Source of the DNA: Parasitella parasitica NRRL 2501
Lineage: Eukaryota > Fungi > Mucoromycota
DNA length: 64,000 nucleotides
Reading direction: 5' to 3'
Assembly (NCBI GenBank): GCA_025201805.1
Contig: MU619290.1
Span: 89,400 to 153,399, forward strand
The notes beneath the pieces were generated by a model. The model ran no database searches and had not been told where the DNA came from. It saw only the letters and a program-made list of their open reading frames with translations. Position numbers and translations under genes: made by a program. Of the stretch, positions 1 through 11,430 are shown in pieces (position 1 is the first letter of the stretch; every line of letters starts with the position of its first letter).

Positions 1-352
1 TTGTTCTCATACTCTTTGCACCGTGTAACAAGATTTCATACCTTTGTTATTATTGATCGAGATAGAGATATTTATGAAGGAGAGAAGATTTTAATCAAAG
101 CATCATATGCCTGCGAAAATGTATAATTAAAAAATCGATAGAAAGGGTTCACATTACTCCATTTGAACATATTAAGTAAACAAAAGCCCAAGTTTGACCA
201 AATAGAGGCGTAGTGAGAAAGTTGAGCAAGTATCACAATATGTGATCATACGTTGAAGATTTTTTTGGGCTTTGTTTTTATAATGGGCTTGACAAAATAC
301 GCATTCAAACATGGTTTAAGCATATAGTGCTTCCATCTTGGGCCCTGATTGA

Positions 353-1043
353 TCAGTTTTTAATTATGAGAACTGGACAATCACAGTTGTGCAAGCAATA
401 ATCACTGACAGAGCCAAGGATAAACCTAAGATAAACTTAACAGTTAGCATCAAACAATGCAAATGCAGACAGAGAGCTCACTTTTGTATGCCTTCTTTGT
501 TGGAGGAGCCCAAGACAAGCATATCGGGTGGATTCTCGTTGATGTAATCTTGAATGATATAGCCACAGTCTTTTGTGCTTGTTTTCACAATCACTGGCTT
601 CGATTTCTATAAATATGATTAGAGCATGTTACATCAGATATGGCTTGAAAAAAAAAAAAAAGATGCTTTACTGTTTCATCAAACTGAGCTAAATAACTGT
701 TCAAATTGGATACTGATTCCCTTGCGTCTTGCTCAATGTCGACATTATTCATTCTATCCAAGCCACTCCTATTTACTGAATGAGACAAGATATTTCTCGA
801 TTTGCTACGGTAATACTGACATGAATCCAAAGGCTGTGGTCCCTGCTGGATTTAACCCAATTGAATATAGAACCTCCAGTTTGTAGGGAACACGCAAATT
901 TGAGCATAATCGGATGGCATAATCGATGGCTTTTTTAGAAATTGGGGAATCATCTGCTGCTACAACGATGCGATAAAGTGGAGAACTAAAACACGCATGT
1001 GCTGGTATTAATGACCACTGCACGCATTTATGTACTGCTATAC
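353..1043 (-). CDS. Universal stress protein (USP) domain protein, 4 exons
   Basis: Spliced reading MSSPLYRIVVAADDSPISKKAIDYA...PPDMLVLGSS...FILGSVSDYCLHNCDCPVLIIKN* has the USP N-terminal motif and the GSVS...CPVLI end; GT-AG introns at about 1038-987, 671-647 and 481-426. Confidence 0.88.
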
Positions 1044-1440
1044 TTATATGAAATATACCTCATTCTTTGTAAAATTATGGTAAAAAGAGACGTAAAGAGA
1101 AACAACAGTGTGATCGTTTATATTTATTATGATTAAATGCATGAATCGTAACCCCATATCTTGGCCCAACATTTGTTGTATATCGAAAAGTTGAAAATTT
1201 CGATATGAACACACGAAATATTTTGTATGGAATAATGAGACTATGCCATATTATATTCCATGTCGACTAATCAACATATATATATTATAAGAGGAGAACA
1301 TTTCGAACAACAGGGAGAGTATCTTAACAAGACCATGCAACAAGCTGAGCTTTGATTTTTTCCGTTACGGTATTTCCATCACAATGGATATTTCCCTTGG
1401 GCTCTTTCCCTTTCCTTCCATCTACACTAATTATTCCGTC

Positions 1441-1942
1441 ATGTTTTTATACCTGGCCATTCTACTTTTTATAATAGCATGTAAGTTTTGTATATATCAG
1501 CCTCTCTCTACCTTGTTTTTCTTTCTTGCTGAATAATCCCATATAGTATGCTGGTACTTTCGCAAACACATTCGAGAAGGCGCTTCTGAATTAGCAAACA
1601 AAATGAACCGCCTATTAGGTTATCATTTATTACCGACTAATGCTGGCTCATTTGAAAGTGATATCGAAGATGGATTAACAAGCTCCCATTTCAACTTGAA
1701 TACAAACTTGGAGGAAGACGACAATAGGGCTGGATTAAAGGATAAAGAGGAAATCATGAGAATCATGAAAAAACAGAACGTCTCTTTTGATGAAGCTCGC
1801 TTAATTCGACAACAAAAACTCTTAAAAAAGAATGTAAGTGTGTATCTTTTATGAGTTAACTACTGTGTAATTTATCTGTTTGTTACAGAATATTGATCCT
1901 GCTACTGGTCTCCCTTTGGACCCTAAATTCGTCTCGTTTTAA
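1441..1942 (+). CDS. Small membrane protein, DUF2015/UPF0357 (YCL012C-like), 3 exons
   Basis: Hydrophobic N-terminus MFLYLAILLFIIA, core SFESDIEDGLTSSHFNL...DNRAGL...FDEARL, last exon NIDPATGLPLDPKFVSF*. Confidence 0.8.
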
Positions 1943-2187
1943 TACAAACCTAATTAAACTATCTCACCTTCAATTAGGCATTCATCTACCCCTTTAAACA
2001 TGCATATATTTATATACCTTAATAAAGCCCATGTGAATGGTTATATTTCATTATCATTTGCAGGCTGCTTTCAAAGAATTTTCTCTGGCATGCAATCGAA
2101 ATGATCATTGAGTCGGACTCTTTTATGGCAAACATGCTTTTTCGACATTGGCTACAAAAGTTCTATTAAGGGTACGTACTTGATTTA

Positions 2188-5100
2188 TTATTCGAAATTA
2201 GAGACAGCCAAAGGAACAGGTAAAGAAGGTATACTTCCAGAGGGCATTTCATTCTCATTCAGTAAATCAAGCATTTCATAAGCAACCAATCTTGGATCTG
2301 GGAACACAATTTCAACAGCCTTGACCTTTAGCTTTGATAATTCAGCCGTTTTCAATAAACTACCATTATCAGATATCCTGAATTTTCGAAGCTTGAACAT
2401 TTCAACCAGGTTATCGGTCGTGTCCAATTCTTCTTCGTCCCTCTGTCGTTTTCTATTTTGTTTGATTTCTGCTTGGGCATACAAGAAAAATTGGCCAGCT
2501 CTTTTCGCATTATTACAAAGATCTTCGAGCGTAAATCCATACAATGCATTACGTTGAATCTTCTCAGTATCAAGCTTTAGGCTTTCTTCATCATCATCCA
2601 TTGTAGTTACTTGGGCTACACCCCATCCACCGTATGACAGTTGACCATGATTCAGCACCAACTTCTTCAAGGCATCGATCTGATTTGGGCTCAACTGCAA
2701 CAAACGGAACACCAAACGTTCGCCATCAATAGCGGCATTTGCATTGGCAGTTCCGTCGCTGATCTGGACAAAGGATTGCGCAGAGAAATTGCGAGAAGCA
2801 CCTTCGCACATACCGTAACAGTCATTGTTGCGCACAATAGAGCCGCAGTCTTTACATTCCCATTTTAACGTAAGATTGATTATTGAATTGACATAGCAAT
2901 ACAGTTTGAATATCTGTTTGCTGGTTTGATCTTGTCTACCAAGCACAGGATCCAAAAATGACGAGATGAGACGGGTCCTGACGAGTGCTGGATTCATAAA
3001 AATAATGCTGGATGAAGGATTTGTGTCATTTACGCTTATAAACGTTGTTGAGTCAGCCAAGAAATAGAAATCTTCTATTGTTGATGCCTTCTTTTTACCA
3101 ATCAAGCTGTAAAAGGCTACTCTTGCACCTATAACCATACCAAGAGGATAATGCACATTTTGTACATCCATATAAATACTGATGGTATCTAGACTATCAG
3201 GCTGACGAAGTTGAACAAACAATTTTCGACTGGGTTTTCCTGTGCCAAATCCTTTCTGTTCAAAAAGTTTCTCGGCACGTCTGTTGCCATGGCTGTTCAC
3301 TGAATACCCTTCCATAAATCGCTTGATAATGACTATACCTTGCACACAGACAATGTCTTCAGAGAAATTAGAGGGTATCGTACGGCCGCTCAGTCCTGCT
3401 GACAAGGTTTGAACGTCTGTCAATTGAGGAACGTCGTGTACCAATGATAAAGCATTTGGCATTCTTTCTTTTCTGCTGTAAATTGGTTGTAATTGAATTG
3501 CATCCAAAATGTCGCTATTGAAGGATACTGGGTATATTGTGTGTTTATCCAGATCTAGCAAAAATGTCAAAATAGGACTACCCGCGAGGTTTTCAATCTG
3601 TGATCCTGGTTTATTTAAACCATAGATAACCCAGCATGAACCGACTTGAAAATCAAAGTGTAAGGGCAGAGTATTTTTGCGAGATGTTAGAAGCAAGTTG
3701 CACCCTTTTGGGCCTTTTGTTGAGATAAACCCTTCAGCAGCGCAGCCTAAACCTTCTATTCCGTAAACGTTGACTTTTACTCGGCATACAAATTGAATGA
3801 TACGCTTGGGTAAGGGTATATTTACAGGATCACGACCGACCACCTGCACAACTAAATACTGTTGTTGAGTTGGGATGTTCTTGATCTCTGGTGGTATTTT
3901 AAGTAATGATAACTTTTGTAGCTCTGTGCTGTGTATGTCTGTGTAATCGGGTATATTGAACGTAACACTGTTATCGTAATCACCATGCAAAAGCAACAAA
4001 TCTTTGTCTTGACATACAAAATAGGTGATATGCAAGTTTTTTCTTCGGATGAACTCTTCATTCTCATTTTCCACATACGACAAATCTTCTCTGAACATTT
4101 GCAAACGTCGAATCAGGTATATCTGGCCTGTTTTTCTGGGAACTGAGTTGGGAGCAGCTGCTAATACAAATAAAACCCGAGATTCGCTATCACTCAAGTA
4201 TAATCTACCATCTCTAGACATTTGAAGCATGCCCAGTATACAATATTCGGCTGTTCGATCATATTCCGCCCTTTGGGTCAAGACATTATCCTTCCCGAAC
4301 ATTGTATTGCCGCCTGCCAAGTCCAAATGATAATCTTCTAAATTGTCCTGCAACTTGCGTTGGATCTTGTCGAGAGAAGGGTATGAATCGATTACCACAT
4401 GAAAATTTTCTTTCCCTACTAGTAAACATTCTGTATCATGCAAAACGAAATCGTTGACTAAATTGCCAGCTTGCATTGGCCGAGTTCTTGTTGAAGCAAA
4501 TACTTGATCCCTAACTGTCTTGTAAGCACGCTGAAACACGTTGAAATCCTTTGCAATGTTTGTATCCACGAATTTTGCTGTCAAAGCCGCATATATTTCT
4601 AATTGACGCAGGAGCTGTGTGAATGTTGACTTACGGCTGATAATGTCTGTATATGTATACTCTTTAATCTTTGAGGCCATGTCTGTATGATGTGACATGA
4701 AGAATGGATTTGTGGTCTCCGTGAAATTGTCGCAATGCTTTGGAAATTCCAATATTTCCACATGGCTTTGTATGCAAGAAGCAAGGGCCATGTATCCTTC
4801 CTCTTTTTTGTTTGCCCGCCACATATTCTGTAAGAGATAACTAGTTTCACCATCTTCGAGATTAATGATAACAGAATGAAAATGATATAATCGTAGTCGA
4901 GTGTCGATTCGAAAAGGCATGTCTGCGGAATAACTGAAAAGATGAAACAAACTGACAATAATGGTGTTGTCAAGTTCATAAATACCAAACATGCTATCAA
5001 TGACACGGGTAATACGGCCACTGTAAGTTTTGTGCCTATGTACAGTGGCTAGTGTCAGTTTATTGTTCGATGTTGCGTTGATAGATGATTGCTGGTAAAC

Positions 5101-5844
5101 AGTTTCAAGTTGTGATAATTTGATTGCTTGACAGGTGGATCTTGAGTTAAACGATAGCATACAAACCGTGTTACGACGCTCACTGTTGATAATTTTGACA
5201 TCGAGATTATGAAATGCAAATGCACATCCAATCTGAAAGTAGTGGTAATACTTGATCATGTTATTTCCTGAAAAAATCAAGTTGACAGCTTTTGACCTTG
5301 TATGGGTATTCGTAGTATCGTTGCCGTTGTCGTTGCGTATTATTTGCAAGAAAAACATGGCTGGTGTATCTGGAGTTGCATACAAGGTAGAAATAGCGTA
5401 TACAATACCAGCCATATTTACTTTCGATACTGAATTAAGGGGGGCTCCAGGAGTGTAATATATCATTTTGCGTCTGAAATATTGCTGAAAAATGGCGCTA
5501 TCAGTGGCTAGTTGATCCAAAAAAAAGCATTCTGTAGAGTTTTCTGCTGAATATACATTTTCTAATTGAAATTCGACATAAGATGAATCCAGGCCTTCGT
5601 TTAACTTGATATAATTCCATTTTTTGATGTATACAGTTGTATCGAGAGCTTTTGGAAGCATGCGATCAACTAAACATGCTATTGGATCTTGAGTCACCAT
5701 ATCCAACAATAGGATTGTTCCTCGAGGATACTCGTCATCTTCGCTCGTAACAACAGTCAATACACCCATTAGTGTAGCTTTAACCGAATATGAAGTGGTT
5801 CCTTCTTCATAGTTTTTCAAGTCAATGACACTTACAGGCTCCAT
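2188..5844 (-). CDS. CTC1: CST complex subunit CTC1-like multi-OB-fold protein, intronless
   Basis: 1218-aa ORF of CTC1 size; YPLGMVIGARVAF motif; C-terminal OB fold with Zn ribbon WECKDCGS...CYGMC followed by ISDGTANA (RPA70C/CTC1 type). Confidence 0.7.
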   Translation of the reverse strand: MEPVSVIDLKNYEEGTTSYSVKATLMGVLTVVTSEDDEYPRGTILLLDMVTQDPIACLVDRMLPKALDTTVYIKKWNYIKLNEGLDSSYVEFQLENVYSAENSTECFFLDQLATDSAIFQQYFRRKMIYYTPGAPLNSVSKVNMAGIVYAISTLYATPDTPAMFFLQIIRNDNGNDTTNTHTRSKAVNLIFSGNNMIKYYHYFQIGCAFAFHNLDVKIINSERRNTVCMLSFNSRSTCQAIKLSQLETVYQQSSINATSNNKLTLATVHRHKTYSGRITRVIDSMFGIYELDNTIIVSLFHLFSYSADMPFRIDTRLRLYHFHSVIINLEDGETSYLLQNMWRANKKEEGYMALASCIQSHVEILEFPKHCDNFTETTNPFFMSHHTDMASKIKEYTYTDIISRKSTFTQLLRQLEIYAALTAKFVDTNIAKDFNVFQRAYKTVRDQVFASTRTRPMQAGNLVNDFVLHDTECLLVGKENFHVVIDSYPSLDKIQRKLQDNLEDYHLDLAGGNTMFGKDNVLTQRAEYDRTAEYCILGMLQMSRDGRLYLSDSESRVLFVLAAAPNSVPRKTGQIYLIRRLQMFREDLSYVENENEEFIRRKNLHITYFVCQDKDLLLLHGDYDNSVTFNIPDYTDIHSTELQKLSLLKIPPEIKNIPTQQQYLVVQVVGRDPVNIPLPKRIIQFVCRVKVNVYGIEGLGCAAEGFISTKGPKGCNLLLTSRKNTLPLHFDFQVGSCWVIYGLNKPGSQIENLAGSPILTFLLDLDKHTIYPVSFNSDILDAIQLQPIYSRKERMPNALSLVHDVPQLTDVQTLSAGLSGRTIPSNFSEDIVCVQGIVIIKRFMEGYSVNSHGNRRAEKLFEQKGFGTGKPSRKLFVQLRQPDSLDTISIYMDVQNVHYPLGMVIGARVAFYSLIGKKKASTIEDFYFLADSTTFISVNDTNPSSSIIFMNPALVRTRLISSFLDPVLGRQDQTSKQIFKLYCYVNSIINLTLKWECKDCGSIVRNNDCYGMCEGASRNFSAQSFVQISDGTANANAAIDGERLVFRLLQLSPNQIDALKKLVLNHGQLSYGGWGVAQVTTMDDDEESLKLDTEKIQRNALYGFTLEDLCNNAKRAGQFFLYAQAEIKQNRKRQRDEEELDTTDNLVEMFKLRKFRISDNGSLLKTAELSKLKVKAVEIVFPDPRLVAYEMLDLLNENEMPSGSIPSLPVPLAVSNFE

Positions 5845-7591
5845 AATAGAGTTGCTTTACAAAGGCTAGTTTGTTAAATAAGGAACAAGCTAAAATTTTG
5901 GCGTTATTTTTTGCTGTTTCAATGAAAGCTTCAAACTATACAATTACCAGAATGAACGGTTCGAATACCGTATAATTGTCAATTTACAAAAGTAAAAAAG
6001 AAAGAGACACCTCTTCAGCTAATTCCAGACTCACAAAAAGTAGTCAAAAATACATTGCTGTGCTATGTGGAACCAACTCGCAAATTAACGGCAGAGCATT
6101 GAACATAGACCACTTTCCACCTTTTTTATCATATGTATGCCATCAAAATCCCATGCCATGTAGTGTAAATATTACAATTTTTAGATCAATTAGTTACATT
6201 GATTAAGGTTTCAAGCACACTATGTCTAGGATCATTTAGGAAGAAAAATTCTAGCTATTTATATATTGTAAAATGGCGAAAAGAAAATCGAGCTCCAAAC
6301 AGAATTGAAAACCTCTGCAAAGAACTATTACAGAAATAAACGGCGCAGAATGTACGACCCTTGCAATTTATATAATAAGGGATAAATATCGTTGCTGCAA
6401 TTTCACATACAAAATGCTAATAACCCTAATGCCGTTTCTTCAAAATAACGGGGTAGTAATACTATTGTCATCACAGAAAAACACAATTTTCGTATAAAAA
6501 ATCTTAGTTGGTATCAATAAACTTTAACAATTCACACTTTAAAACCTTAGCATGTGTCATAAAACAATACTTATTCTACACTTACTGAAGTGTACTGTTC
6601 TACTCCCGATTATTATTAATAGGTTCAACTCTTACCAGATATTGGAACAGCAATGAAAATATCTGCCTAATTATAGTTCTTCTTATTCTGACATTAACTA
6701 TTGCTACAATTAAAAGTCTGACTAGTTTTACTATCACAATTGATCCGCTACTTCTGATCAACATCTAGCAATTCATCACCATAAACTTAGCTCCATACAT
6801 TGCTATCAATTACTACTTGTCCAGTAATATCGATGTATATTATACAATAAGTAATGGCACAGGTAGCAATGTCAGCAATTATAATATGCCAACTTAACAT
6901 TAACATAGTACATCAATCAACCTGATGTAGCAATTTTAAAACCGGATGTCAATATAATATAAACTCATACTGAAAAGTAAAACATCATCATAAAATAATA
7001 CGACAGGACATTTGAGATAGATACAATCTACCCTATTTCCCGGATCTCATCACTTAAAACCTTTATCCTCACATCGCTTCCCTCAGTTCATAGAAAGTAT
7101 ATAAACCCTCTATTTTTGAATGGAATGAACGGATTTTTACCTGATTAATTTCTATTGAACTTTTCTGGTAAATCAAACAGTATAGTGATATGCTAACTTG
7201 TCATTTTTCTTCCTTGTCAAATTTCGATAAGCAGGCGATTATATACATCATCAAATGCGAAGCATAACGAATTCATGCCATTTGAGCTGAACATAACAAT
7301 AATGTCATGTAAACAAAACACATTATGAGATGTATTATCTTAACGATAAATTTCGTTTCAAAGAAAATAGTTCTGATGAAAGTATGTCTTCCCCTTACCC
7401 AATAGACATTTAGAACGAGAATAAACAACAACAAAAATATAAAGTACGGCAATCCGTCAATAAGCGAGTTTCCAATTATTCTAGATAAACGTGTCTTTCA
7501 AATATTAACAAAAGCATGATGATAGCCATTTATATACGGCTAATAATTTAAATGCCAATTAGCACGATTTGCGTCTCAAAACCTAAACTAG

Positions 7592-7633
7592 ATCAAGTCC
7601 AGACTGCTTATTCTAGCATATTCACTTGGTGCG
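7592..7633 (+). repeat. Inverted partial copy of the LTR (U3 region)
   Basis: 7614-7633 is the reverse complement of 9778-9797 (19/20); 7592-7612 is the reverse complement of 9824-9844 (19/21). Confidence 0.8.
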
Positions 7634-9586
7634 TATTTCCCGCCTTGTCACTGTAGCCTGTGTATTCTGTTGCAGTTTACCAAGATGAGCAAAGATGTTG
7701 ATCAACTTCTCCGTATCTTCATCTTCAGGGACCTCGACTAATCGTTGAGAATTGTTTCGTTCATCAGACTTTCCGTTTGAGCAATCTCTTGACAGATGGC
7801 CACGCCTTCCACACTTGTAACATGTTCTTGACTCACGTTTCTGGAAGTCAAATCTTGAAGACCCACCGTTAGAGCCATAACCAGAACCACCCCTAGAACC
7901 GGAGCCAGAACCGCCACGAGAACCAGAGCCACCACCATGTCTATGCTTGCCTTTGAAGCTACAAGTGTGCCGAAAGTTCTGTTGTTCTGTTTTTGATGAA
8001 GCACTGCTGCCACTTGAGCTAGCGCCGTAATTGATCGATGGAATAGCAGGAATTGTCGCATTTTGACTAAGACGTTGTAAATTTTCTTCGACTTCCGTTG
8101 TAATGTTAATGGCCTCTATCAAGGTTTTAGGTTCTCGATAGATAACTGCACAGAGTAATTTACTATTAATGCGTTCCTTAAAGTATTCAATTTGCACACC
8201 AGGGCAATAGATTTGCACTCTATCTAATAAATCTGAGATCAATGGACCGAATTGCTTCATCGACATTTGACCTTGACGCAGCTTCTTCAATTCAGCTAAT
8301 GCCACCAACGCAGGATCACCACCACCAAATTTTAGTAAAAATGCCTTCTTCACCTCAGGCCAACCGGTTTTATCAATATTCAAGTACCAGTTCAATGCAT
8401 TATCTGTCAGGACTACAGATAATTCCGCCATCTTATCATCATCGTCGAAATTAATAAATTCGCAAAGGTGTTCATAATGCTTCATCCATTGTTGAGCTTC
8501 TGAGGCTGTTCCATGACTAAACCTTGGAAGTTTAACGCGTTTTCTTCTTTCTACATAATCGATCTTCTTTTCTGGAAACTTGACATCACTTAAAACTGTC
8601 GTAAATTTGTCGCCTCCCTTCTTTACAGGAATAATCTCGCCTTTGGACCCGATACTTAGCTTATATATAATAGCTTCTAATTTCTTGATGTGAGCAGCAG
8701 CAGTATCAGCAGCAGCTTGATCAATCGTTCCGTCAGGTAAAGCCGTTTTCTTGGGTAACCTGTAAGTGTCTCGATACATCAAAGCAAAATCTAGGGGTAA
8801 CTCGAGATCTTTGCAAACGTCTTGATTTGGCCATTGACATTCTTGAACAACTTGCAACAAAGATTCGGCAGGGATCATGTGCAGTGCATTAAGCAGCGTA
8901 CCACGTATCTGTATACGGGTGATCTCGATATTCCCATCAAAACCAATAATTCGCTCTTTCATTTCTTCGATTTTCGCAGCGTGATGACTAAGCATTAACG
9001 TTATATTTTGTCGTTCCATAGGAGAAAAGTGTAGGACCGAGTGTTCGACAGCAATATAGGACCTTTCAGCAGCAATAATCTCCTCCAGCATGGCTTGACG
9101 CCCACCATGCATATAAGCATACAAGTCATTATATTCTTGGATTAATAATTTGTACAACATCAATTGTTCTTCAACGACAAAAGAAACATCGGATACCGAA
9201 CCGTCTCCATGTTGACTTAAGCTTTGATGATGTTCATCCGGGTTGTTCATCACAAATTCGGCAAATCTTGCAGGGGCAGGGACCCAATCATCAGCGCCAG
9301 AACCGCCAGGTATTGCATTACCATAATTCATCACTTTAGGTATGCTCGTATGTGAGGTCTTCAAATATCTCGACGTAGTAGTACCAGCCACGGACGCATG
9401 AATGTTTGGACCACCGGAACCAAAAGGCCCTGAAGTCGATGTTGATTGAGTCGAACCAATAGCAGATGGACGATGAGAATTTGATGTAGACGAACAATGT
9501 GAGCCACTTTCTCCCTCCCCTCCTTCAGCAGAGGAACGGTAAGATTTAGTTGAACCAGGTTGATTTGCCATGCTAGACTTCTCCAT
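7622..9586 (-). CDS. gag: Ty3/gypsy-type Gag (capsid plus CCHC zinc knuckle) with no pol
   Basis: Capsid motif KLPRFSHG...QWMKHYE...NALNWY...WPEVKKAFLLKFG; knuckle CYKCGRRGHLSRDC; uninterrupted 654 aa; no protease, RT or integrase recognised downstream. Confidence 0.88.
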   Translation of the reverse strand: MEKSSMANQPGSTKSYRSSAEGGEGESGSHCSSTSNSHRPSAIGSTQSTSTSGPFGSGGPNIHASVAGTTTSRYLKTSHTSIPKVMNYGNAIPGGSGADDWVPAPARFAEFVMNNPDEHHQSLSQHGDGSVSDVSFVVEEQLMLYKLLIQEYNDLYAYMHGGRQAMLEEIIAAERSYIAVEHSVLHFSPMERQNITLMLSHHAAKIEEMKERIIGFDGNIEITRIQIRGTLLNALHMIPAESLLQVVQECQWPNQDVCKDLELPLDFALMYRDTYRLPKKTALPDGTIDQAAADTAAAHIKKLEAIIYKLSIGSKGEIIPVKKGGDKFTTVLSDVKFPEKKIDYVERRKRVKLPRFSHGTASEAQQWMKHYEHLCEFINFDDDDKMAELSVVLTDNALNWYLNIDKTGWPEVKKAFLLKFGGGDPALVALAELKKLRQGQMSMKQFGPLISDLLDRVQIYCPGVQIEYFKERINSKLLCAVIYREPKTLIEAINITTEVEENLQRLSQNATIPAIPSINYGASSSGSSASSKTEQQNFRHTCSFKGKHRHGGGSGSRGGSGSGSRGGSGYGSNGGSSRFDFQKRESRTCYKCGRRGHLSRDCSNGKSDERNNSQRLVEVPEDEDTEKLINIFAHLGKLQQNTQATVTRREIRTK

Positions 9587-9589
9587 CAG

Positions 9590-9854
9590 TGTAATATTTG
9601 TGGTTTACGAACAATATAAGAATAACTCAGATAAAAGATCGATTAATTGTTATTAGACAAGAACAATTATACAACAATAGTTTTATTCACAAAAAATAGA
9701 AAGGTATTTATTCTATGTCCACTTTGCTGCGACAGTTGCTATTTCTAATGATATTAATAATGATATTTATAATACATCGCAGCAAGTGAATATGCTAAAT
9801 TGCACTAGCACAATCCAACCAGTAATAAGCAGCCTGGACCTGATTCTTATTACA
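9590..9854 (-). mobile_element. Single 5' LTR (265 bp) of the gag-only retroelement
   Basis: Bounded by a 7-bp terminal inverted repeat TGTAATA...TATTACA; TATAAAT (9771-9765) and AATAAA on the - strand; ends 4 nt before the gag ATG and is followed by PBS-like TGATGGAGAA. Confidence 0.7.
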
Positions 9855-10037
9855 CCCAGATGTTCTGGGAAGTGACATCAAAAATCAAACATTTTTTATG
9901 AACTGTATATTCATCGCTTCTTTTGTCATAATAATGATTTTTTATGGCTGCATATCCAGACATATCTGAATAAATTTCATTTATTATAAGCAATTAAAAT
10001 CTGAACTTGATTAACTAAAAAGTGTTCTCGAAACCCG

Positions 10038-11430
10038 TTATTTTTCCTGTACTTGTTTATGCACTATTTTTTCGAATATTTTTCTTTTTGAGGGATATAA
10101 AGCAGCCTTATAGTTTGGGTAACAACTTAATGCCATGTTAAAATCTATTCATCATGTATTAGATTTGTAATGTGTAAGTATAGAAAGGGCTGGCCCATAA
10201 TATTTACCAAAGTTATTGTTGGGATCACAAGAACATTTTGTTCGGAATACATCGCCTACAGGACAATGCATATAAGACGTATGTCGGTAGCCAATGTCAT
10301 TAAAGAAATGAAACTCTCTTTTTTTCAATAATAACGCAGCAGCAATTGAATGAACTGGAGCATCCCCCCACCTATATATTTTTGGTTAATTGACTGATAT
10401 CGAGTAATTATCATGCAAACCTTTCATAATAAAATCCACCAGATTTATCCAGATAATCAAACAACTTTAAATATGCTTCCGATCGCCATAGAGAGAGATC
10501 ACCAACCTCAAAATTAGACCAGAAATGGCAGGTGTTATATGATTGACCTCCATCATTAGTGACAAAATCAATCAAAGACTCATTTCGGGATGGTAATTGT
10601 TTGGCAATGTCAGGATATTCGTTTAAAAAGTCCATTATTGTTTTCCACAAAGAAGGTACAGTTTCTATATGCTCTTTATATGCAATAGTAAAGCCTGGAA
10701 ATGTAGTTTTTGTTAGCAAATGAAGTTGCACCACCAACAAAAACCATTACCATATTTCTTTTTGTTGTCTTTCATAAATCTAAAAATGTCATAATCTATT
10801 TGGCAGTAATAGTCAACATATGGTTCCAATCTCCAATAATAATCAAATTCGTCTAGCAGTGGATGTCGAAAGAAGAACCCGCTTTGGAATCTAATTGATT
10901 TATACGAGTGTTAGAAAAATGGTTTGATATGCACTGGATTGTATTTAAAAAAGGAACCTGCACATGTGTCGGTACGATTCGCTTAATGCATACGGTATGC
11001 CTAATTCCGCCATAGATTTTCGACAGGTTGCGGCATAATCTTGGTCGATAAAATCAGGGTATCCCCACATTGTGGAGTTTAACAAACCAAACAAGACTTG
11101 GGCATTTGTCAAACTAGCAACTGTGGATTTGAAATCGTCTGCGAAGGGTTCATCGTTCAGAAATACGTAAGGATAATCAAACTTTGAATTAAATGTTTTT
11201 TCAATCTGTGACATTGTGGTTGTAATTCCATCTAATTCACTATTACGAATGAGGATAACATAGCAGCCTTTCACTGTATGAGCATGTCGGTGCAGCGATA
11301 ATGTAGCTGTCTTGCCTTGGATTGATCTGAGCTCTAGCTTGAACAAAGCTACTACAAGTAGAAGCGACAGTAATACACATGTTGTTGAAATGATGGATAG
11401 TTTTTGTTTTTTAATTGTTGACAGCATCAT
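10038..11430 (-). CDS. Alpha-1,2-mannosyltransferase, GT15 (KRE2/KTR family)
   Basis: Type II N-terminal TM; motifs [48 protein letters not shown]; several introns. Confidence 0.93.

Noticed and set aside
6421-6429. TAACCCTAA, a telomerase-template-like 9-mer in noncoding DNA upstream of CTC1
   Set aside because: A 9-mer is expected by chance in 64 kb, I see no supporting pseudoknot or other structure, and the telomere repeat of this organism is not known from the window
6200-7590. Possible pol remnant or 3' LTR downstream of gag
   Set aside because: No protease, RT or integrase motifs and no direct copy of the LTR were recognised
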